A DNA stretch of 64,000 nt from an uncultured delta proteobacterium. Lineage in GTDB: Bacteria > Desulfobacterota > Binatia > UBA9968. Of the stretch, positions 10,243-19,655 are shown one piece after another. The notes under the pieces are model-generated. The model was not told the origin of the DNA. It saw nothing but the letters and a program-made list of their open reading frames with translations, and did no database searches. The stretch spans positions 32,001 through 96,000 of the forward strand of contig CAWJZV010000011.1 of assembly GCA_963847445.1 (NCBI GenBank), read 5' to 3'. Position 1 is the first letter of the stretch, and every line of letters begins with the position of its first letter. The translations under genes were made by a program, and so were the position numbers.

Positions 10243-10986
10243 TCACGCGGCCGCACGCCAGGGCGTTAAACGGCGATCGAGGTTTTGAATCAATGCCAAC
10301 AATGCCACGGCGAGCAGGACGATGGTCAAGATGGTGGCGAACAGCGCCGCCGAATTGAACGACGCGCTAAATGTCATCAGCATGGCGCCAAAGCCGACCA
10401 CGGCGAGAATCATTTCGCTGGTGACCATGCCCAACACCGCCCGTCCCATGCCGAGACGGATTCCGGCCATGATCATCGGCAGGGCGGCGGGCAGGATGAT
10501 TTTCAAAAACAGCTCGCTCTCTTTGGCGCCGAAGGACTTGGCCATTTCGGTCAGCGTCGGATCGACGTTGCGCACGCCGGCGGTGGTGTTGATGGCGATG
10601 ATGACGAAGGCGAACAGAAAAACGATCCAGACTCGCGAGTGGAGGCCGAGGCCGAAGGCGATGACTAAAAATGGGATGAACGAAATCATCGGCACCGTGA
10701 GCAGCGCGGTCATGTAGATATCGAGAAAAGCTTCGAGCCGGCGGTAGCGGCCCATGAGCAACCCCAGCGGGACAGCGAACAGCACCGACAGAACGAAACC
10801 GATGGTGAGCGCCTGCAAGCTCACGGCGAGGGCTTGGAAGAGTTGGCCGGAGACCAGCAGGTCGAACCACACACTCAGGACTTTCGAGATCGGCGGCAGC
10901 AAGCGGGCGTTGCCGGTGCGGCCGGCGATCTCCCAGGCCGCGCCGAGGGTAATGAGGGAGAGTAGTCTGAGCGTGTTGGGTTTCAT
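10243..10986 (-). CDS. ABC transporter permease
   Basis: EMAKSFGA..ILPAALPMIMAGIRLG EAA motif; 6 TM segments. Confidence 0.9.
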   Translation of the reverse strand: MKPNTLRLLSLITLGAAWEIAGRTGNARLLPPISKVLSVWFDLLVSGQLFQALAVSLQALTIGFVLSVLFAVPLGLLMGRYRRLEAFLDIYMTALLTVPMISFIPFLVIAFGLGLHSRVWIVFLFAFVIIAINTTAGVRNVDPTLTEMAKSFGAKESELFLKIILPAALPMIMAGIRLGMGRAVLGMVTSEMILAVVGFGAMLMTFSASFNSAALFATILTIVLLAVALLALIQNLDRRLTPWRAAA

Positions 10987-11000
10987 TCTGTGTTGCGGGG

Positions 11001-11026
11001 AGGGCGGGTTTAAAACCCGCCCCTAC
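11001..11026 (-). repeat. GTAG-type REP palindrome
   Basis: Minus strand reads GTAG-GGGCGGGTTT-T-AAACCCGCCC-T, a GTAG foot plus a hairpin. Confidence 0.7.
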
Positions 11027-11053
11027 GCGAACGCCTTATGAACGGCTGACAGT

Positions 11054-12038
11054 TTATTTTCGGCCGATCTTCTTGAGCACGCGGTCGAGGGGGCCGGTGT
11101 CGAAGGATTGCGCGAAGCTCACCGCGCCTTTTTTCAGCAGTCCGGCATCCTCGAAAAACTTAATGCTGGCATCGCCGCGCTCTTTACCGGCGCCGCCGTT
11201 GATATCCCAGATGCGCAGCTCTTTGTAATTCGCCGCGATGGCGTCGATCAGTTCAGGTTTGGTCTCGGGCAGCAGCCGGAGGGCGTTTTCGCGCACCGAC
11301 GCGGGCCGTTCCTCGGCGTTGCGGTGGGCGCGCAGGAGCGCTTCCATCACGCTATCGACGGCGGCGCTTTCTTTTTGCAAGTAATCGGCGCGGGCAAAGT
11401 ACATGGAGCCGATCAGTTGCGGGAAGATCTTGGCGTAGGAGATCAAGACATGAAACTGGCCGGGCTTGGCGTTCAAAATATTCAGCACGTCGACGATCTC
11501 CGCCGGGGTGGCGTCGAGCTGGCCGCGCATGATCGCTTCGGCGCGCACATCCGAGCCGGGAATAATCAGCCAGTTGGGCGCGATCTTGAAGTGCTGCGCC
11601 ATCCATTTGACCAGCGCCTCGGTGACGGTGATCGGCGCATGGTAGCCGACCCGCTTGCCGTCGAGCTGCTTGGGGTCTTTGAACGACACCGGCGTTACCA
11701 GTTGCCATTCGTTGCGCACTTGCTCGCCGATCACCCTGACGTTCATGCCGCTTTCCACCGCCTTGATGACGGCGATGCCGGCGGCGGAGCCAATGTCAGC
11801 TTCGCCGGCGACCACCGCTTGGACGGCGAGATCGGTGCGCGGGAAAAAAGTCGGGACAACTTCGATGCCTTGCTTCTTGAGCTGTTCCCAAGCGAGCAGT
11901 GACGGTATGTCACCCATGTCGGCCGACGATGGGTAGGCGAAGCGGACTTTTTTCTGGGCTTGCGCCGGTCCGGTCACCGCGAGCTCCGACGGCAAGCACG
12001 ATCAGTAGGGCGGATAATCTTACGAGTGACCTGGTCAT
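11054..12038 (-). CDS. ABC transporter substrate-binding protein (frameshift in signal peptide)
   Basis: ATG at 12038 preceded by GGAGG; AQAQKKVRFAYP, QAVVAGEADIG, LDGKRVGY. Confidence 0.82.
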
Positions 12039-12062
12039 AGGAATCCCTCCTGGTTTAATCGA

Positions 12063-12818
12063 CTATTCGACAGCGACTTCGACTTTCCAGCCGGTGAGAC
12101 GACGATCGAGCAATTGGACCAGCTTCATGGCGATCATGGCGACAATTAAGATCGTCAAGATCACGGCGAACAGCGCGTCGGTGGCGAAGGCCGAGCCGTA
12201 TTGCATGATCATGGCGCCGATGCCGGTGAGGGTCAGCAGCATTTCCGCGGTGACGATGCCTTTGACCGCGCGTCCCATGGCGAGGCGGACGCCGGCCATG
12301 ATCGCCGGCATGGCGGCGGGCAGAATGATTTTTAGAAACGTTTCTTTCTCCCTGGCGCCGAAGGAACGCGCCATCTCAAGCAGCACACGGTCGACCTGTT
12401 TGACGCCGGTCATGGTGTTGATGATGACGACGAACACGGCGAAGAGAAAGACCACGGCGATGCGCGATTGCACGCCGAGACCGAACCAGAGGATCAGCAC
12501 CGGCACGAAGGCGGTGGTGGGCGCCGACATCAGGGCGTTGACATAAAGATCGAGAAAATGCTCGACGGCGCGGAAGCGGCCCATGAGCAGGCCGATGACG
12601 ATGCCGACTAAGACCGCCAGGAAAAAGCCGACGACCATGGTCCAGAGGCTGGCGCCGAGATTGGGCAATAGTTTGCCGCCGAGCAATAGTTTGTACCAGG
12701 CTGCGGCGATTTGCGTCAGCGGCGGGATCAGCATCGAGTTGGCCATGCGCCCGGCGATTTCCCAAACCGCGGCCAAGGAGAGGATCGACAGCGCATTCAT
12801 TTTAAATTGGCTATGCAA
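12063..12818 (-). CDS. ABC transporter permease
   Basis: EMARSFGA..ILPAAMPAIMAGVRL; paralogue of 10243-10986. Confidence 0.9.
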   Translation of the reverse strand: MHSQFKMNALSILSLAAVWEIAGRMANSMLIPPLTQIAAAWYKLLLGGKLLPNLGASLWTMVVGFFLAVLVGIVIGLLMGRFRAVEHFLDLYVNALMSAPTTAFVPVLILWFGLGVQSRIAVVFLFAVFVVIINTMTGVKQVDRVLLEMARSFGAREKETFLKIILPAAMPAIMAGVRLAMGRAVKGIVTAEMLLTLTGIGAMIMQYGSAFATDALFAVILTILIVAMIAMKLVQLLDRRLTGWKVEVAVE

Positions 12819-12878
12819 TTGTCGTCACCCTCGCCATCTACCTGCGCTCACTTTCATTGGCTATGAGAACCCCTTGGC

Positions 12879-13658
12879 TCAATGGCCATTCTCCATCGCT
12901 TTCTTGAGACTATCCCAGATGTAATTGGTCAACTCGACGAATTTAGGGTCGCGCCGAACTGCTTCGGCGCTGCGCGGGCGCGCCAGCGGGACGTCGAGGA
13001 TTTCGGCGACTTGGCCCGGCCGCGGCGTCATGACGACGACGCGGTCGGATAGGTAGACCGCTTCGTCCATGCTGTGGGTGATGAAGATCACGGTCTTGCG
13101 CTCGCGCTGCCAGAGTTCGAGCAACTCTTCTTGTAAGAGCTGGCGGGTCTGGGCGTCGACGGCGCCGAAGGGCTCGTCCATCAACAAGATCGACGGATTG
13201 ACCGCCAGGGCGCGGGCCAGACCGGCGCGCTGCTGCATGCCGCCGGAGAGTTCATGGGGATAGTGGGTTTCAAAATCGCTCAAGCCGACACGCTGCAAGC
13301 AGTCGCGGGCGATCTCGGTACGTTGCTGGGCGCGCATCTGGCGCAGCTCGAGACTGAACTCGACATTGGCCAACACCGTGCGCCAGGGCAGCAGCGCGAA
13401 GGTTTGAAAGACTAGCGCGCGGTCCGGGCCGGGCGCGGTGACTGGCTTGCCAGCGATGGAAATCTTGCCGCTGTCGTAGGGAATCAGACCGTCGATCATC
13501 TTGAGCAGCGTCGTCTTGCCGCAGCCGCTCGGACCGATGATGCTCAAAAACTCGTTCGCGCGAATCGAAAGATTCACATCCGTCAGAGCTTTCACCTCGG
13601 TGGTGTGTTCCTTGACGGTCTTGTGAAAACTTTTCGAGACCCGCTCGATTTCTACCAT
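12879..13658 (-). CDS. ABC transporter ATP-binding protein
   Basis: GPSGCGKTT, LSGGMQQR, LMDEPFGAVD, FITHS. Confidence 0.94.
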   Translation of the reverse strand: MVEIERVSKSFHKTVKEHTTEVKALTDVNLSIRANEFLSIIGPSGCGKTTLLKMIDGLIPYDSGKISIAGKPVTAPGPDRALVFQTFALLPWRTVLANVEFSLELRQMRAQQRTEIARDCLQRVGLSDFETHYPHELSGGMQQRAGLARALAVNPSILLMDEPFGAVDAQTRQLLQEELLELWQRERKTVIFITHSMDEAVYLSDRVVVMTPRPGQVAEILDVPLARPRSAEAVRRDPKFVELTNYIWDSLKKAMENGH

Positions 13659-13679
13659 TCTTGTCGCCTATCGGCTCCC

Positions 13680-13778
13680 GTTCAAAACGTTCAAGCCGTT
13701 CAATTCGTTCAAGACGTTGTCGGACTCCGAACCTCCGAAAACGGTTTGAACGGTTTGAACTATTTGAACGGCTTGAAC
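13680..13778. repeat. Inverted-microsatellite hairpin (9-bp unit GTTCAANNC)
   Basis: gttcaaaac gttcaagcc gttcaattc gttcaagac gtt ... aac ggtttgaac ggtttgaac tatttgaac ggcttgaac. Confidence 0.9.
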
Positions 13779-13791
13779 CTCTTGTTCCGAT

Positions 13792-15225
13792 CTATTTTCC
13801 GGTGATCACCTTGTCGTCCTTGCCCGGCTCGTAGGGGCGGGTGTCGCGATTAAGATCGATCTTGTTCAATACCGCGTCAGGCGCCTGGGCTTCTTTGGGG
13901 AAGTCATAGGGCGGCAGCGGTTTGGTGGCGTCGAAAATCAATTTGGTTTCCATCGGACCGCGCTCCATACGGTTGTAGCCGTAGGCGGTGGGGTTCAAGT
14001 GCGAGCCGATGATGTTCGGGATGATCACCAAGTCGCGGTCGGCTTGGAAGCGCATCGCCAACGCCCACAGCACTTGGTTTTCGTTGAAGACATCGACATC
14101 GTCGTCGACGACGATGACATGTTTGATATTGGGATCGGTGACGATGGCGCCCAGGGCTGCTTGCTTGGGATCGCCTTCGGCGCGTTTTTTGACCGAGATG
14201 TAGCAATGGGAGCGGGCGGCGCCGGAGATCGGCAGGTTAACCGCAGTGGTGCTGGGGACAACTTCCTGCACCCGTTTGAGCAGACTGCCGAGCCGCGGCG
14301 CGGCGCCGATGATGTTGTGTTCGATGTGGGCGCTGTGAATGCTCTGGTAGATCGGATTTTTCTTCATGGTGATGGCGCTCACCTCGATGTAGGGCTGCTC
14401 GCCCTCCTTGTAATAGTAGTGCGGCCATTCACCGAAGGGGCCTTCGTACTGGCGCTTCTTGGGCGGCACGACGCCTTCGATGATGATCTCGCAATGGGCC
14501 GGCACCATCAGATTGACGGTCTCGGCTTTGACGACTTCCAAGGACTCGCCGAGGAATGCGCCGGCGATCTCCAGTTCCGAACCGACGCCGGCCTGCTTGC
14601 TGACCGCCGCCATGTTGAGCGCCGGATGATGGCCGATGCAGAGCGCGACTTCCATCGGCTCGTTGTGATCTTCGTATTCGGCGCGCACGTAGTTGGCATG
14701 GTTGGCCGGATTGACCATCAAGCCGAGTTGCCGTTTGCCCTGTTTTTGATGGCGATAGATGCCGACGTTGACTTCGCCGGTGCCACGTTCCTTGCAGATC
14801 AACGCCGCCGCGTTGACGTAGGCGCCGGCGTCGCCTTCGTTATGGGTCAAGACGGGGAGCAAGTCTAAATCGGCTTGCTCGCCTCTCAAGATCACTTCTT
14901 TGCACGGAGCGTCTTTGGCGGCGATCTCTTTGACCGGCAGCGGTTGGTGCTCGCGATGGGCCAGGTCTCGGACCATTTGCGGGACGTTGGGCGAACCGAG
15001 CGCCAAGGCCAAACGCTCGTAGGTGGCGCCGAGATTGACGATCGCCGGGATCTTGGAACCCTTGACGTTTTTGAAAAACACCAAGGGAAATTTATTCTCA
15101 CGTTCAAATTTTTCGACGATGGCGGTGACTTCGTAAACCGGATCGACTTCCTTGTCGACGACGACGACATCCTTGGGACGCTTCTCCAACAACTCATCGA
15201 GATAACTGCGCAGATCTTTTGACAT
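13792..15225 (-). CDS. UbiD-family (prFMN-dependent) decarboxylase
   Basis: DLRSYL, THNEGDAGAY, NVGIYR, EGPFGEW, VVDDDVDV, WALAMRFQADRD, FDATKP. Confidence 0.92.
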   Translation of the reverse strand: MSKDLRSYLDELLEKRPKDVVVVDKEVDPVYEVTAIVEKFERENKFPLVFFKNVKGSKIPAIVNLGATYERLALALGSPNVPQMVRDLAHREHQPLPVKEIAAKDAPCKEVILRGEQADLDLLPVLTHNEGDAGAYVNAAALICKERGTGEVNVGIYRHQKQGKRQLGLMVNPANHANYVRAEYEDHNEPMEVALCIGHHPALNMAAVSKQAGVGSELEIAGAFLGESLEVVKAETVNLMVPAHCEIIIEGVVPPKKRQYEGPFGEWPHYYYKEGEQPYIEVSAITMKKNPIYQSIHSAHIEHNIIGAAPRLGSLLKRVQEVVPSTTAVNLPISGAARSHCYISVKKRAEGDPKQAALGAIVTDPNIKHVIVVDDDVDVFNENQVLWALAMRFQADRDLVIIPNIIGSHLNPTAYGYNRMERGPMETKLIFDATKPLPPYDFPKEAQAPDAVLNKIDLNRDTRPYEPGKDDKVITGK

Positions 15226-15281
15226 GGCAACCAACCTCAGCTTTCTAGAATTGAAAATGGCTGAACGCTTGCCGTTCTGAA

Positions 15282-15309
15282 GCGAGCATTGCTTTTATGC
15301 TATGCTCGC
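15282..15309. promoter_or_regulatory. Imperfect palindrome, candidate operator in the divergent promoter region
   Basis: GCGAGCAT-N12-ATGCTCGC between the two divergent UbiD operons. Confidence 0.35.
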
Positions 15310-15378
15310 AAACTCCCACTCATGTCAAGCCAGTTTGCTGCTTCAGCAAAACTTTGAAGAAGCCGGCGGACCCTTGAC

Positions 15379-15526
15379 CGTCATTCCCGCGAAAGCGGGA
15401 AGCCAGGATTATCGTCACCCCGGTGAAACCGGGTCCATCCCCATCGACGTAACTCAGGACACCGTTCTTCAACGGTCCGACCGACAGCAATCCGTAACCT
15501 GGATGCCCGCGTCCGCGCGCATGACG
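15379..15526. repeat. Composite palindromic repeat (CGTCATTCCCGCG...GCGGGA..CCAG / CTGGAT.CCCGC...ATGACG family)
   Basis: Terminal inverted units with nested hairpins; same family as 36188-36297. Confidence 0.75.
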
Positions 15527-15617
15527 GCGGAGAATTCGCGGAGTTGTTTATTGAGCTATTGAATCACCACATCACCCGTTCCTTGACTCTCTCCGACGGT
15601 TCTTCTAACACAAAGTC

Positions 15618-16601
15618 ATGGTTAAGCTGCCGGTGAAATGGGGCATCAGCCTGCCCAACCGTGGCGCGCTGTTCGGTCTCACCGACGTCGAGGAACTCAT
15701 CCATACCGCGGTGCTGGCTGAGCAATCCGGTGTCTTCGACTCGGTGTGGTTTGGCGATAGTTTGATTCATAAACCACGGCTTGAAGCAATTACCATGCTA
15801 GCGGCGGTGGCGACCCATACCAAGAAAGTTCGCCTTGGCACCATCTGCATGGCATCGTTTCCAGTGCGCCATCCGGTCTTGCTGGCGATTCAATGGGCGT
15901 CCCTCGATCAGATTTCCCAAGGCCGGTCGCTGCTCGGCGTCTGCATCGGCGGCGGTCATGAAGGCGAGCTGCGCGCTTTCGGCGTCAAAAAAGAAGAACG
16001 GGTCGGCCGCATGCGCGAGGGTATCGAGCTGCTGCGGCAGATTTGGAGCGACCGGAACAGTTCGTATCACGGCAAGTATTACACTCTCGAAGACTACAAC
16101 ATCGTGCCCAAGCCGGTACAAAAGCCGCCGCCGATCTGGATCGCCGTCAGTCCCGACCGCGAGCAGGTGGGCGACAGGATCGTCGATCAAGCGATGCGCC
16201 GCGTCGGTCTCCTCGCCGACGGCTACATCACCATGGGCGTCACCGCCGAAGAATTGGGCAAGCGCCTGATAATTATTGAGCAGACGGCCCAGGAAATCGG
16301 CAAGGATTTGTCCAACTTTGAAGTTGCCATCCACGGCATGGTCAACATCAATGACGACCGGGCATTGGCTTACCAGCAGTCCAAGGATTACTTCAATCAT
16401 TATTACGGCCCGACCTATCCGCCGGAGAGCCTGATCAAGATTTGGCTCGCTCACGGTGCGCCGAAAGATTGCGCAAAATTAATTCAACAATGGCTCGACA
16501 TGGGTATCACCACGCCGGTGCTGCGCTTCACCGCGCAGGATCAGCCGGGGCAGGTGAAGCGATTTGTCGACGAAGTGCTGCCGCTGTTGCGGATGGGCTG
16601 A
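15618..16601 (+). CDS. LLM-class flavin-dependent oxidoreductase
   Basis: FDSVWFGDS, LAAVATHTKKVRLGT, ASLDQISQGR, PKPVQKPPPIWIA. Confidence 0.92.
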   Translation: MVKLPVKWGISLPNRGALFGLTDVEELIHTAVLAEQSGVFDSVWFGDSLIHKPRLEAITMLAAVATHTKKVRLGTICMASFPVRHPVLLAIQWASLDQISQGRSLLGVCIGGGHEGELRAFGVKKEERVGRMREGIELLRQIWSDRNSSYHGKYYTLEDYNIVPKPVQKPPPIWIAVSPDREQVGDRIVDQAMRRVGLLADGYITMGVTAEELGKRLIIIEQTAQEIGKDLSNFEVAIHGMVNINDDRALAYQQSKDYFNHYYGPTYPPESLIKIWLAHGAPKDCAKLIQQWLDMGITTPVLRFTAQDQPGQVKRFVDEVLPLLRMG

Positions 16602-16603
16602 AG

Positions 16604-16693
16604 ATTGGAGTAATGGAGTACTGGAGTGTTGGAGTAATGGGTTGCGGATTTCCTACCCAACATTCCATCACTCCAATACTCCACCACTCCAAT
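16604..16693. repeat. Inverted-microsatellite hairpin (8-bp unit TGGAGTNN)
   Basis: ttggagtaatggagtactggagtgttggagtaatgggt-tgcggatttcct-acccaacattccatcactccaatactccaccactccaa. Confidence 0.9.
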
Positions 16694-16714
16694 TTGGAAG
16701 TTTGAGGTTTTTCT

Positions 16715-18061
16715 ATGTTTGACGATCTACGAGATTTTCTCGCCCACCTGGAAGACTTGGGGCAGTTGAAGCTGGTCAAAGACGAGGTCAGCGTCAAGCA
16801 CGAGATCGCCGCGGGCATGCGCAAGACCTCGGACATCGAAGGGCCGGCGCTGCTGTTCGAAAACGTGAAAAACTATCCCGACTGGCGCGTGCTCGGCGGT
16901 TTGTTCGCGACGCGCAAACTCGTCGCTCTCGGTCTCGGCGTGCCGCAGGACGAGCTGCTCGAGCGCTATATGACCTTGGAAGACAAGCGCATCCCGCCCG
17001 AGATCGTTGCCACCGGTCCGTGCAAGGAAATCAAATGGACCGGCGAGCAAATCGACCTGACCAAGCTCCCCATCGTCACCCACGCGAGCAAAGACTGCGG
17101 CCCCTACGTCACCATCGGCATGCAGATCGGCAAAGATCCTGACACCGGCATTCGCAATCTTTCCGTCCACCGCATGCTGGTGCTGGGCAAGGACAGGTTA
17201 TCGCTCTGGGCGCCGGCCGATCACCATCTCGGCCGGATGATTTTGAAGGCCGAGGAAAATGGCAAGGGATTGCCGGTCGCCACCGCGGTGGGCGTGGAGC
17301 CGTCGATCGTCGTCGCGTCGCAAGCGCGGGTGCCCTACGGCATCGACGAATTTCACGTCGCCGGCGGCCTGCGCGGCGGCGCGGTGAAGCTGGTGAAATG
17401 CGAAACCATCGATGTCGAAGTGCCGGCCATGGCGGAGGTGATCATCGAAGGCGTGACGATCCCCGGCGAGCGCGTGCCGGACGGTCCTTACGGCGAGTAT
17501 CCCGGCTGTTATAGCGACGCCAAGCAGGCGCCGGTGTTGCAGGTGACCGCGATCACCATGCGCAAGCAGCCGATCTGGCAGACCGCGCTCACCGGCATGC
17601 CGGTGACGGAAAACCACACGCTGATCGAATACGGCAACGCCGCGGTGGTCCATCGTGAAGTGAAGAAGATCGTGCCGGAAGTCAAAGGCGTCAACATGAC
17701 GCCGGGCGGGACGTTTCGCCATCACGTCGTGGTGGCGATCAAGAAGCGCGCGGAGAACGAAGGGCGCAACGTCATTCTCGCGCTGTTGTCCATGGGCATC
17801 GGTTTGAAGCAAGTGATCGTCGTCGACGACGACATCGATCCCTTCGATCCGATGCAAGTCGACTGGGCGATGGCGACGCGCTTTCAGGCGGATAAGGATT
17901 TAATCGTCATCCCGCGCATCGCCTGCTCGACCCTCGACCCATCCTGCCCCGAAGCGCGGGTCACCGCGGGCATGGGCATCGACGCCACCGCGCCGTTGAA
18001 AGATCACTGGCGCTTCGAGAAGGTCGAGATCCCCGGCGTCGATAAGGTGAAGTATATTTAG
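16715..18061 (+). CDS. UbiD-family decarboxylase
   Basis: DLRDFL, GPALLFENV, THASKDCGPY, NLSVHR, DGPYGEYPG, VVDDDID, RFQADKD, GIDATAP. Confidence 0.93.
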   Translation: MFDDLRDFLAHLEDLGQLKLVKDEVSVKHEIAAGMRKTSDIEGPALLFENVKNYPDWRVLGGLFATRKLVALGLGVPQDELLERYMTLEDKRIPPEIVATGPCKEIKWTGEQIDLTKLPIVTHASKDCGPYVTIGMQIGKDPDTGIRNLSVHRMLVLGKDRLSLWAPADHHLGRMILKAEENGKGLPVATAVGVEPSIVVASQARVPYGIDEFHVAGGLRGGAVKLVKCETIDVEVPAMAEVIIEGVTIPGERVPDGPYGEYPGCYSDAKQAPVLQVTAITMRKQPIWQTALTGMPVTENHTLIEYGNAAVVHREVKKIVPEVKGVNMTPGGTFRHHVVVAIKKRAENEGRNVILALLSMGIGLKQVIVVDDDIDPFDPMQVDWAMATRFQADKDLIVIPRIACSTLDPSCPEARVTAGMGIDATAPLKDHWRFEKVEIPGVDKVKYI

Positions 18062-18078
18062 AACTCGGAGGAAAGATA

Positions 18079-18204
18079 TCTCGCGCAAAGGCGCCAAGGA
18101 TGCCAAAGCTCGGAATCGGGCGATATTCACGGTGTAGGAGCAATTCTCCCCGTGGTTGCCATGTCCGGTGGGCCGGCACATGGCGGCTTTGCGCCTTTAC
18201 GCGA
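18079..18204. repeat. Inverted repeat element with a nested GTAG-REP-like sequence
   Basis: tcgcgcaaaggcgccaaggatgcca ... tggcggctttgcgcctttacgcga; internal gtaggagcaattctccccgtggttgcc. Confidence 0.65.
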
Positions 18205-18220
18205 AGAACCGAACAGTCTA

Positions 18221-19092
18221 ATGAAAAACTTCGACTACCTGGAACCCAAGACCGTCGCGGAAGCTTGCGCGCTGCTCAAGCAGCATGGCAGCGACGCGAA
18301 AGTCTTTGCCGGCGGCGCGCATCTGACCATTCTCATGAAGCAGGGATTGTTGGAACCGGCGTCATTAGTCAACATCAAAAAGATTGCCGAGCTTAAAGGC
18401 ATCCGCTTCGACGCTAGCGAAGGCTTGACCATCGGCGCGCTGGTGACCCACCGCGAGCTCGAAACATCCGCGCTGGTGCAAGAACAATGTCCCGTGCTGT
18501 GCGCGGCGGAACGGGAAGTCGCCAACATCCGCGTGCGCAACATGGGCACGGTGGGCGGCAATCTCGCTTCCGGCGAGGCGCTGACGGATCTAGCGCAAAT
18601 CTTTATCGCTCTCGACGGCAAGGTTAAGATCGCCGGTCCCAATGGACAGCGGACAATCGCGGTCGAAGAACTGTTTCTCGACTTTTACACGACCAGCTTG
18701 GCCGAAGACGAGATTCTCACTCAAGTTGTGTTGCCGCCGCTGCCGCGCGGTCGGGCATCGAATACATTCGCTTCTCCAGCAGCTCGGTGGTCGACAAGCC
18801 GTGCGCGGGCGTGGCGGTGCGGCTGACAGTGAATTCGGATGCGACGATACAAACCGCGCGCATCGTGCTTGGCTGTGTCGGCGCGACGCCGGTACGGGCG
18901 CGCCAGGCCGAGGCGTTGATTACGGGCAAGAAGCTGACCGCCGACTTGGCGTTAGAAGCCGGCAGCATTGCGTCGCAGGAGTGCAGTCCGACAAGCGACC
19001 TGCGCGGCTCGGAGAAATATAAGCGCGCGATTGTCGGCACGCTGGTGCAGCGCGCGGCGATGAAAGCGAGCGAACGTGCTTCACAAACTTGA
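18221..19092 (+). CDS. Molybdenum hydroxylase FAD subunit (CoxM/XdhB-like), one frameshift
   Basis: FDYLEPKTVAEA, AGG, IRVRNMGTVGGNL, SDLRGSEKYKR. Confidence 0.9.
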
Positions 19093-19102
19093 TTCGAACA
19101 TC

Positions 19103-19567
19103 ATGAAAAAAACTATTTCACTTAAAATTAATGGCAGCGAGCGTAGCGCTGAAGTCGAGGCGCGCACGACGCTGCTGGACTTGGTGCGGGAGCAGTTTGG
19201 ACTGACCGGCGCGAAGTTGGGCTGCGACATTCAAGTTTGCGGCGCGTGCACGTTGTTGGTCGATGGCAAGCCGGTGAGCGCGTGTTCGATGTTAGCTGTC
19301 GACGTGGACGGTTGCGCGATCGAGACCGTCGAAGGCTTGAGTAGCAAGGACAAGCTCCATCCGCTTCAGGAAGCGTTCATGGAGTTTGGCGCGCTGCAGT
19401 GCGGTTACTGCACTTCCGGCTTTATTCTCACCGCCAAGGCGTTGCTCGCCGAGTGTCCACAGCCATCCGATCAGCAGATTCGCGATTATCTGGCGGGCAA
19501 CTTCTGCCGCTGCGGTTGTTATCAGGAGATTGTGCAAGCGGTGAAAAACGTTAGGGGTGAGGCGTAA
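19103..19567 (+). CDS. Molybdenum hydroxylase 2x[2Fe-2S] subunit (CoxS-like)
   Basis: GCDIQVCGACT...C; QCGYCTSG; CRC. Confidence 0.94.
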   Translation: MKKTISLKINGSERSAEVEARTTLLDLVREQFGLTGAKLGCDIQVCGACTLLVDGKPVSACSMLAVDVDGCAIETVEGLSSKDKLHPLQEAFMEFGALQCGYCTSGFILTAKALLAECPQPSDQQIRDYLAGNFCRCGCYQEIVQAVKNVRGEA

Positions 19568-19618
19568 GGAGTGAGGGGTTTTCCGGACGACCGAACGCCT
19601 TACTCCTCACCCCTTACG
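19553..19618. repeat. Inverted-microsatellite hairpin (7-bp unit GTRAGGN) overlapping the coxS-like stop
   Basis: ggggtga ggcgtaa ggagtga gggg ... cgcc ttactcc tcacccc ttacg. Confidence 0.8.
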
Positions 19619-19655
19619 GAATTTAGGATACGAGTATCGAGGTTGTAGAGAACAA

